Shown piece after piece: positions 18,937-25,820 of a stretch of 61,262 nucleotides of DNA (position 1 is its first letter; each line of letters opens with the position of its first letter). This DNA comes from Eubacteriales bacterium (lineage in GTDB: Bacteria > Bacillota > Clostridia > Oscillospirales > QAKW01): positions 1 through 61,262 of the forward strand of contig JAZROO010000024.1 in assembly GCA_045648705.1 (NCBI GenBank), in the 5' to 3' direction. Both the position numbers and the translations under genes were made by a program. The notes below the pieces were generated by a model that worked only from the letters and a program-made list of their open reading frames with translations, searched no databases and was not told the origin of the DNA.

Positions 18937-21138
18937 ATGGAAAGGTTTTTGGGACAGACTTTAAAGGGTCGTTATCAAATTAATGAAATCATCGGCATCG
19001 GCGGTATGGCGGTGGTTTATAAAGCATTCGATCTTGTATTGGCAAGAGACGTTGCTGTTAAAATACTTAAAGATGAATATATGCGCGATGAAGAGTTTCG
19101 TCGTAGATTTTCTAATGAATCAAAAGCAATTACATTATTAACCGATAAAAACATTGTTGATATTTATGACGTTCGCATGGACGGTGAGGTTCTGTTTATC
19201 GCAATGGAGTATCTGGATGGTGTTACCCTGAAGGAATATATCGATAATGTAGGGGCATTGAATTGGCGCGAGGCGATTCATTACATTAAGCAAATTTTGA
19301 GTGCCGTTCAACACGCTCATGAGCGTGGTGTGGTACATCGTGACATTAAACCGCAAAACATTATGTTACTGCGCGACGGCACTATCAAAATGATGGATTT
19401 TGGTATTGCAAGAGTTTCTGATTATGAAACACACAGCATGAGCATCGAAGCAATAGGATCAGTTCATTATATAAGTCCGGAACAAGCCAGTGGAGATGTT
19501 TTGGATGAACGGGCTGATATCTATTCTATTGGTATTCTTTTATATCAATTATGTACAGGTGCTTTGCCGTTTGACGACGAAAATGCAGTAACAGTTGCTT
19601 TGATGCAAATTCAAGAGCAACCAATACTGCCAAGAGAACATTGCGCTGAAATTCCCGTTGGTTTAGAGCAGATTATCTTGCATGCCATGATGAAAGATCC
19701 TTTGGAGCGGTATGTTGAGGCATCTGACATGCTTATGGATATTGAAACTATTGAAGAAAATCCTGCATATGTTTTTCAGGATGAAAACTATGAAGAAATC
19801 CCGGTGCTTCCGCCGATTGTAGAGAAGGCCGAGGAGCAAGAAAAACAAGAGGAACCGCAAGAAACTCCCTTAACCAAAGAAGAAAAGAAAAAACTTTCTA
19901 CAATTTGGCAGATTATTGCCGGTGTGGCATCAGCCGGAGCTTTTTTTGTTTTTATTTTAATAGGAATGTTTGTTTTGCCCGATTGGTTTGCTGAACCGAA
20001 ATATGAGGTTCCTAACCTGATTGACAAAATGCTCGATGATGTCTTGGCAAATGAAGAGTACGAGAAATTTAATATTGTAAAAAAAGGTGAAAAACCAAGC
20101 GAAAAGAAAAAGGGAATGATCTTAAGTCAGTCAGTACCTGAATTTACATTGGTTAAAGAAGGTACGACCATTGATGTTTACGTCAGTTCCGGCGTTTCGA
20201 TGGTTTGCGTTCCTGATATTATCGGTGTCGATATTTCCAAAGCAAAAGATATGATGGAAGATAATCAAATTCCGTTTAAAATTATTGAAATTTTCCACGA
20301 TACTGTTGCAAAAGGAAAGGTTATAAGCACGAGTGTGGCTCCCGGAGATGAGGTTGATGTTTCAACAGACGTTGTCATCATTTATGTAAGTAAAGGATCC
20401 GAAAATGAACACGTTGTCGTTCCGGATCTTTCTAAAAAAACCGTAGAACAAGCTCGCACCGAACTTGCAAACATTGGACTCAAACTCAATGAAACAATTG
20501 AGGAAGAGTATAGTGATACAATTGAGGCAGGTCAGGTAGTACGTCAAACACCTGCTTCCGGAAAAACCGTTGATAAAGGAAGTTCGGTAACTATTTATAT
20601 CAGCAAGGGTCCTGATCCTGCAAAGGAACCTGAAACAGCCAGTGTAGTTGCAAGTATAACGTTTGATGAGACATATACCGGTCATCTTTTGGCTATTTCC
20701 ATTAAACAAGGAGAGACTATTTTGGGGGTTCAGGAGGTTCAATTTGAATCTTTGACCGATGGCGCATTCCATTGGGACGGACAGGCGAAAATTGGTGAGG
20801 CTATAGATGTTTTGGTTGATGGCGTTGTTGTTAAAACCCAGATGATTGTTGATGGATTGAATAATGTCAGTGTAACAATGACGGGCGGAACCTATGTGCC
20901 GCCGATTGATCCGGGCGATCTTCCCGGCGTAGAGCCTGAAGAACCAACAGATCCCGAACAGCCAACTCCGGAAGAGCCTGAGGAACCGGATCAACCGAAC
21001 ACTGAGGATCCGACGATCCCGGATGATACCGGTGACAATAATGATAATGGAGACGATCTCGGCGGCGAACCGCCGTCGAAACCCGTTGGCCCGACCACTC
21101 CAACAACTCCTACCACGCCTACTACTCCCGGAGCATAG
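18937..21138 (+). CDS. prkC: PASTA-domain Ser/Thr kinase with extra C-terminal domain and acidic Pro/Thr-rich tail
   Basis: IGIGGMAVV, VAVK, HRDIKPQN, DFG, GSVHYISPE, one TM helix, three PASTA repeats (VPNL, VPDI, VPDL ... VSSG/VSKG/ISKG), then about 170 further aa. Confidence 0.94.
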   Translation: MERFLGQTLKGRYQINEIIGIGGMAVVYKAFDLVLARDVAVKILKDEYMRDEEFRRRFSNESKAITLLTDKNIVDIYDVRMDGEVLFIAMEYLDGVTLKEYIDNVGALNWREAIHYIKQILSAVQHAHERGVVHRDIKPQNIMLLRDGTIKMMDFGIARVSDYETHSMSIEAIGSVHYISPEQASGDVLDERADIYSIGILLYQLCTGALPFDDENAVTVALMQIQEQPILPREHCAEIPVGLEQIILHAMMKDPLERYVEASDMLMDIETIEENPAYVFQDENYEEIPVLPPIVEKAEEQEKQEEPQETPLTKEEKKKLSTIWQIIAGVASAGAFFVFILIGMFVLPDWFAEPKYEVPNLIDKMLDDVLANEEYEKFNIVKKGEKPSEKKKGMILSQSVPEFTLVKEGTTIDVYVSSGVSMVCVPDIIGVDISKAKDMMEDNQIPFKIIEIFHDTVAKGKVISTSVAPGDEVDVSTDVVIIYVSKGSENEHVVVPDLSKKTVEQARTELANIGLKLNETIEEEYSDTIEAGQVVRQTPASGKTVDKGSSVTIYISKGPDPAKEPETASVVASITFDETYTGHLLAISIKQGETILGVQEVQFESLTDGAFHWDGQAKIGEAIDVLVDGVVVKTQMIVDGLNNVSVTMTGGTYVPPIDPGDLPGVEPEEPTDPEQPTPEEPEEPDQPNTEDPTIPDDTGDNNDNGDDLGGEPPSKPVGPTTPTTPTTPTTPGA
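21091..21129 (+). repeat. In-frame (Pro-Thr-Thr)x4 repeat at the kinase C-terminus
   Basis: ccg acc act cca aca act cct acc acg cct act act ccc: a 9-nt unit with varied wobble bases. Confidence 0.9.
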
Positions 21139-21146
21139 GTGAATAT

Positions 21147-22043
21147 ATGGAAGGTATAATTGTACAAAATATTTCGGGATTGTATTTGGTGTATACTGAA
21201 ACCGGATATTTTCGTTGTCGAGCCAGGGGCGTTTTCAGAAAAAACAACATTACACTTTCGACGGGCGATAAGGTTTCCTTTGAAGTTTTGACACAAGATG
21301 AGGGAATAATAAACGAACTCTTGCCACGCAAAAATGAGTTTATTCGTCCGAATGTAGCAAACATTGATATGATTTGTTATGTTGTTTCTTCCAAGTATCC
21401 TCAACCTGACACTTTTTTGATAGATAAAATGATTGTGCTTTCAGAACTTAAAGGTGTCGAAATCACTTTGATTTTAAATAAATTAGATCTGGACGACGGA
21501 ACTGCCGCAAAGGTTTTGGATATTTATGAAGAACTCGGTTTTAAAGTGGTTCGTTGCACCGCAACTGAAATGACAAAATCAAAGGAAATTTTGGATTTGA
21601 CTCGCGGAAAGACTGTTGTCTTAACAGGTAATACCGGTGTTGGAAAATCCAGTATTATCAATGCTTTGGAGATTGGTGTTCAAACAAAGGTTGATGAAAT
21701 ATCTTTGAAACTGGGCAGAGGGCGTCATACAACGCGCGAGGTTACGTTTTATTTACGACAGGATGGTGGATTTTTTGGTGATTCACCGGGATTTGGTAAT
21801 GTAGATATAACCCTTGAAGATGAACTTACTCCTGAGAATTTAGCCACATATTTTAAGGAGTTTAAGTCTTGGCGCACACAATGTGGATTTTCAGATTGTT
21901 CGCACACGGGAGAAGCCAACTGCTTAATTGCTGACAAGGTTTCATCCGGAGAGATAGCGGAGACCAGATATCAAAGTTATATAAAGATGTATCGCTTACT
22001 TCAAGAACGCGAAAATCGTAAAAATTATAAAAAAAGGGTGTAA
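21147..22043 (+). CDS. rsgA: Ribosome small subunit-dependent GTPase A (RsgA/CpgA)
   Basis: OB-fold start, NKLDL, GNTGVGKSS, GRHTT, DSPGF, CxFxDCxH...C Zn site. Confidence 0.95.
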   Translation: MEGIIVQNISGLYLVYTETGYFRCRARGVFRKNNITLSTGDKVSFEVLTQDEGIINELLPRKNEFIRPNVANIDMICYVVSSKYPQPDTFLIDKMIVLSELKGVEITLILNKLDLDDGTAAKVLDIYEELGFKVVRCTATEMTKSKEILDLTRGKTVVLTGNTGVGKSSIINALEIGVQTKVDEISLKLGRGRHTTREVTFYLRQDGGFFGDSPGFGNVDITLEDELTPENLATYFKEFKSWRTQCGFSDCSHTGEANCLIADKVSSGEIAETRYQSYIKMYRLLQERENRKNYKKRV

Positions 22044-22067
22044 ACCGTATGGTTTGCACCTTTTTTT
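22031..22067 (+). terminator. Terminator after rsgA
   Basis: AAAAAGGGTGTAAACC-gtat-GGTTTGCACC followed by T7. Confidence 0.8.
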
Positions 22068-22083
22068 AATATTTCCATATATT
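22056..22083 (+). promoter_or_regulatory. Possible sigma-K/sigma-E mother-cell promoter for the small-gene/spoVM unit
   Basis: -10 CATATATT at 22076-22083 fits CATAnnnT; GCACC lies upstream at 22056-22060. Confidence 0.35.
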
Positions 22084-22112
22084 GAATCAACAAACAAAAT
22101 TGGAGTGGTTTA

Positions 22113-22265
22113 ATGCGGGGTGGAAGAGGCAGAGGTGGTGCTCTGATTTTATCGGGGATTTCCTTTTCCTTGGGTATTTTATGTGCAATGTTACTACCGA
22201 ATGCTTTGATAGTTATTTTGCTGACGTTTTTACTGCTTTTGTTTTGTTTTGTAAGTATGAGATGA
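22113..22265 (+). CDS. Unannotated 50-aa small membrane protein (not in the ORF track)
   Basis: GGAGTGG RBS, then ATG 22113: MRGGRGRGGALILSGISFSLGILCAMLLPNALIVILLTFLLLLFCFVSMR*; basic N-terminus plus two hydrophobic helices split by PN. Confidence 0.7.
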   Translation: MRGGRGRGGALILSGISFSLGILCAMLLPNALIVILLTFLLLLFCFVSMR

Positions 22266-22276
22266 GGGGTGAAAGA

Positions 22277-22345
22277 ATGAAGGTTATTATTTATCAACCA
22301 AAGAGATTTTTTGCGGCCGTTTTAAAGAAGATGTTTAAAATTTAA
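22277..22345 (+). CDS. spoVM: Stage V sporulation protein M (22-aa amphipathic peptide)
   Basis: GAGGGGTG RBS; MKVIIYQPKRFFAAVLKKMFKI has the MK-hydrophobic-P-K-xF amphipathic pattern; position downstream of prpC-prkC-rsgA matches B. subtilis spoVM. Confidence 0.75.
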   Translation: MKVIIYQPKRFFAAVLKKMFKI

Positions 22346-22354
22346 AAATCGGTG

Positions 22355-22383
22355 ACATAAAAAATCACTTGCTTTCATATGAA
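22355..22383 (+). promoter_or_regulatory. Possible sigma-E promoter of sipL
   Basis: ACATAAA-14-CATATGAA resembles the nnATAnn-14-CATAnnnT consensus, with an imperfect last base. Confidence 0.35.
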
Positions 22384-22404
22384 ATGATGAGAGGAGAGTG
22401 TGGT

Positions 22405-23916
22405 ATGGATTTGCAAACTACTTATAAAGATATTGGTTTTGCCAAAACCCTTTATGAAAATTACATAGAAGATAAGCTTGAACAGGATTTGATCATACCG
22501 GATTATTATTGTTCGGCGCAAAAAATTGTTCATTGTGAAGCGCATGCTGAGGTTAATAGCAAAAGTATAGCTGAGGATAAAATTGTACTTGAGGGACAGT
22601 GTGTATGGAAGATACTCTATCTTTCTGCAGAAGACTCTGCTTTACACAACATCACGTGCGAAAAAGGATTTACTGAGATTTTTTCTGCAACTAATTTATG
22701 CGATAATATTCGTTATAAAATTAAAACTAAAAATGTTCATTGTAAACTTCAAAGTTCCGGCAGAGCGGAGTGTAAGGCAACGCTTTGTGTCGCTGTAAAA
22801 GTTGAAGGTGTTGAGCCCAAAAAGTTGTTGGCAGGATCAGCAAACGCTGATTTACAGCTACAATCTAAAAACTCAAAACATTTTCAATTTGAAACGCATT
22901 TTGAAAAGGAGTTTCGTGTGGTGGGGGAAATCCTTTTGAAACGTCGCCACGAATACGAAATTTATAAAACGATCCCTCAAGTTCATATTAAAGAATGTAA
23001 GTGTTATGACGGTAAGGCTGTTATAAAGGGCGTGTGCAGGAATACGGTGATTTTATTGTCAGGTGAAGTTTGCGCCGCTGAAACTGCCGAGGTCGAAACT
23101 TCTTTTGTTCAGGTGCTGGAATCGGATGAGATTTGCGAGGGATGGTATCCGTATGTTCATTGTCGGGTAGTCGATTCCGATGTTTCTTTCAGTAACGATG
23201 CTGATGAAGATACGTTGCTGGTTAATAACAATATCGTTGCCTGTGTTGACGTTTATTCCTTCAAGGATATTTCGATTTTTACGGATGCGTTTCATTTAAA
23301 TAACGAATTGACTAGCCAATATGAAGATATTGAGTTTTATCGTGACATTCAAAATATCGAAATGATAACGCACATATCACAAAAAGTTCATATGGACACA
23401 AAAGATATGACCATATTGTATTTTGAAACAAATGGTGATATTGAAAAAGTTGATGTGCAATCGGGTGTAATGGTGATTGACGGAAAACTAAATGTTGGTT
23501 GTGTTTACACCATTAATGAGAGCGTCTACTATAAAACGTTTTCTTTTCCGTTTCAAGCTACAAGGCAACTTGAGGGTGATTTTGAGCGGCTTAAGTGTGA
23601 TGCGCAGGTAGAAATTGAAAATTTCAATTTTATTATTTTGAACGATATGGAAATGGAGATTGGTTGCGATTGTCGTGTTTCGGTGGCAATATATATTATG
23701 GAGCAATGTCGGGGATTGAAGGATTTGGCAATTACTGATAAAAAATCCGAAAACGTATTGCAAACACCGATGATAATTTATTACGGTGCCAAGAATGAGA
23801 ATCTGTGGGAAATTTGCAAAAAACATTCTGTGCCGGTTGATGCGGTAAGAAAAAATAATGAACTGACAGAAGAATTTCTTTTGGAAGACCGTGTGATTTT
23901 TATTACAAAACATTAA
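22405..23916 (+). CDS. sipL: SPOCS (DUF3794) repeat + C-terminal LysM spore coat morphogenetic protein, SipL-like
   Basis: DLIIPDYYCSAQKIV and KIVLEG...KILYLS SPOCS pattern; C-terminal IYYGAKNENLWEICKKHSV LysM; ATG 22405 after GAGGAG. Confidence 0.78.
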   Translation: MDLQTTYKDIGFAKTLYENYIEDKLEQDLIIPDYYCSAQKIVHCEAHAEVNSKSIAEDKIVLEGQCVWKILYLSAEDSALHNITCEKGFTEIFSATNLCDNIRYKIKTKNVHCKLQSSGRAECKATLCVAVKVEGVEPKKLLAGSANADLQLQSKNSKHFQFETHFEKEFRVVGEILLKRRHEYEIYKTIPQVHIKECKCYDGKAVIKGVCRNTVILLSGEVCAAETAEVETSFVQVLESDEICEGWYPYVHCRVVDSDVSFSNDADEDTLLVNNNIVACVDVYSFKDISIFTDAFHLNNELTSQYEDIEFYRDIQNIEMITHISQKVHMDTKDMTILYFETNGDIEKVDVQSGVMVIDGKLNVGCVYTINESVYYKTFSFPFQATRQLEGDFERLKCDAQVEIENFNFIILNDMEMEIGCDCRVSVAIYIMEQCRGLKDLAITDKKSENVLQTPMIIYYGAKNENLWEICKKHSVPVDAVRKNNELTEEFLLEDRVIFITKH

Positions 23917-23948
23917 AAATAATCGCTCTGCCAGAGCGATTATTTTTT
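23915..23948 (+). terminator. Terminator after sipL
   Basis: AAAAATAATCGCTCT-gcc-AGAGCGATTATTTTTT. Confidence 0.88.
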
Positions 23949-23958
23949 ATTTACCATA

Positions 23959-23987
23959 TAGACAAAATACTAATATTAAGATATAAT
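23959..23987 (+). promoter_or_regulatory. Sigma-A promoter of the miaB-mutSL operon
   Basis: TAGACA-17-TATAAT. Confidence 0.75.
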
Positions 23988-24020
23988 ATATATAATTATA
24001 TTTTAAATTAGGGATGTAAA

Positions 24021-25397
24021 ATGAATAATCAAACACAATATATTAATGCGATAACCGAATATACTCACAGTCTTGAAAGACAACCGCTGGCGTGTGTGAT
24101 GACATATGGTTGTCAGCAAAATGTAAGTGATAGTGAAAAGATAAAAGGCTTATTGCAACAAATGGGCTATGGTTTTACGACGGACACGGAAAAAGCCGAC
24201 TTTATTTTGCTTAACACCTGCGCGGTCAGAGAACACGCTGAACTGAAAATTTACGGCAATGTTGGTGCTTTAAAGCGCATCAAAGAAAAGCGTCCGAACA
24301 TGGTGATAGCTTTGTGCGGTTGCATGATGCAACAAGAGCACGTACAAAGTTACATTAAAAGCAAATTCAAGCACGTTGATATGGTTTTTGGTCCCAGTTT
24401 ATTGCCCCAATTGCCTCAAATGCTTTACCATGTGATTTTCGACAATGATCGGATTTTTGATAGAAATGAGATTTACGAGATTGTCGAAGAACTTCCGGTA
24501 GTTCGGGAAGAAAAGGGAAAAGCGTGGGTCAGCGTTATGTACGGTTGCAATAATTTTTGCACCTATTGTATCGTTCCTCATGTGCGTGGCAGGGAGCGCA
24601 GTCGCAGCAGTCAAGCAATTATAAAAGAAGTGCAATCTTTGGTGAGTGACGGATACAAAGATATTACGCTTTTGGGTCAAAACGTTAATTCATACGGCAA
24701 AGATTTAGATGAAAATATTGACTTTGCAGATTTGTTGCGCAAACTTAATGATATTCCCGGTGAGTTTTGGATTCGTTTTGTAACCAGTCACCCAAAAGAC
24801 TGCACTCTCAAATTGATTGATACCATGCGTGACTGCGATAAGGTCTGCAATCATTTGCAGTTGCCTGTGCAATCGGGAAGTAGTGAAGTGCTTCGTCGTA
24901 TGAATCGCAAATATTCGCGAGAGGATTATTTGTCCTTGATCGAATATGCTAAGAAACAAATACCGGATCTTGCCATTACCAGTGATATCATAGTTGGTTT
25001 TCCCGGAGAGACCGAAGAACAATTTGAAGAAACTATTTCGTTAATTCAGCAAGTAGAGTATGATAATCTATTTACTTTTATTTACTCGAAGCGTAAAGGA
25101 ACACCTGCGGCTGAAATGCCCGATCAAGTGGATCCTAAGATACAGCAAACCAGATTTCAAAAGTTGTTGGATACTCAGACACCGATATGTAAAAAGAAAA
25201 ATATGGAGTATCAAAACAAAATCGTAAAGGTTTTTGCTGAGACAGTCAGCAAAACAGATGCTGAAATGATCAGTGGACATACTCAAAGCGGCAAAAAGGT
25301 GGATTTTAAGGCTTCTGCTGATTGTATCGGTAAAATTGTTGATGTTAAAATAACCAAGGCCAAAACGTGGTTTTTACAGGGCGAAATGAAAGGATAA
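24021..25397 (+). CDS. miaB: tRNA ms2i6A37 methylthiotransferase
   Basis: TYGCQQNVSDSE, NTCAVRE, CNNFCTYC radical SAM motif, VGFPGETEE, C-terminal TRAM domain. Confidence 0.96.
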   Translation: MNNQTQYINAITEYTHSLERQPLACVMTYGCQQNVSDSEKIKGLLQQMGYGFTTDTEKADFILLNTCAVREHAELKIYGNVGALKRIKEKRPNMVIALCGCMMQQEHVQSYIKSKFKHVDMVFGPSLLPQLPQMLYHVIFDNDRIFDRNEIYEIVEELPVVREEKGKAWVSVMYGCNNFCTYCIVPHVRGRERSRSSQAIIKEVQSLVSDGYKDITLLGQNVNSYGKDLDENIDFADLLRKLNDIPGEFWIRFVTSHPKDCTLKLIDTMRDCDKVCNHLQLPVQSGSSEVLRRMNRKYSREDYLSLIEYAKKQIPDLAITSDIIVGFPGETEEQFEETISLIQQVEYDNLFTFIYSKRKGTPAAEMPDQVDPKIQQTRFQKLLDTQTPICKKKNMEYQNKIVKVFAETVSKTDAEMISGHTQSGKKVDFKASADCIGKIVDVKITKAKTWFLQGEMKG

Positions 25398-25403
25398 AAA
25401 ACA

Positions 25404-25790
25404 ATGGAAAAAATTATTGAAAAAGCAAACGAACTTGGTCAATTAATTAAAGAAAGTGAAATTGTAAAAAAACAAAGAGAGGCAAAGAAAGCTTTTGATA
25501 ATGATGAGCAATTACAACAGTTGGTCGGTGAGTTCAATCTGGCTAAATTGTCTCTTATGAATGAATCAAATAAGGATCAACCTGATGCAGAAAAAATCGA
25601 GTTGTTTCGTACACAAACAACGGCTGCTTATGAGAAGATTATGCAGCATCCTGTAATGATGGAATTAAATCAGGCTGAAATGGATTTGGAAAATCTGTTG
25701 AATCAAATCAATTCGATTTTGCAAAACAGTATCTCAGATAATGAGGGTGGTTGCACACACAATTGTGCTACTTGCAGTGGTTGCCACTAA
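25404..25790 (+). CDS. YlbF/YmcA (RicA/RicF) family protein with Cys-rich tail
   Basis: Helical KANELGQLIKES pattern; sits between miaB and mutS like B. subtilis ymcA; ends GGCTHNCATCSGCH. Confidence 0.85.
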   Translation: MEKIIEKANELGQLIKESEIVKKQREAKKAFDNDEQLQQLVGEFNLAKLSLMNESNKDQPDAEKIELFRTQTTAAYEKIMQHPVMMELNQAEMDLENLLNQINSILQNSISDNEGGCTHNCATCSGCH

Positions 25791-25820
25791 AAAAGGATGT
25801 AAAGAAACGGAGCGTTTGCA

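Noticed and set aside
20362-20994. 210-aa antisense ORF opposite prkC
   Set aside because: Shadow frame of a well-supported gene with no RBS or motifs.
22025-22345. ORF-track calls 22082-22345 (+) and 22025-22297 (-)
   Set aside because: Better explained by two RBS-supported small genes (22113-22265 and 22277-22345); neither long ORF has an RBS.
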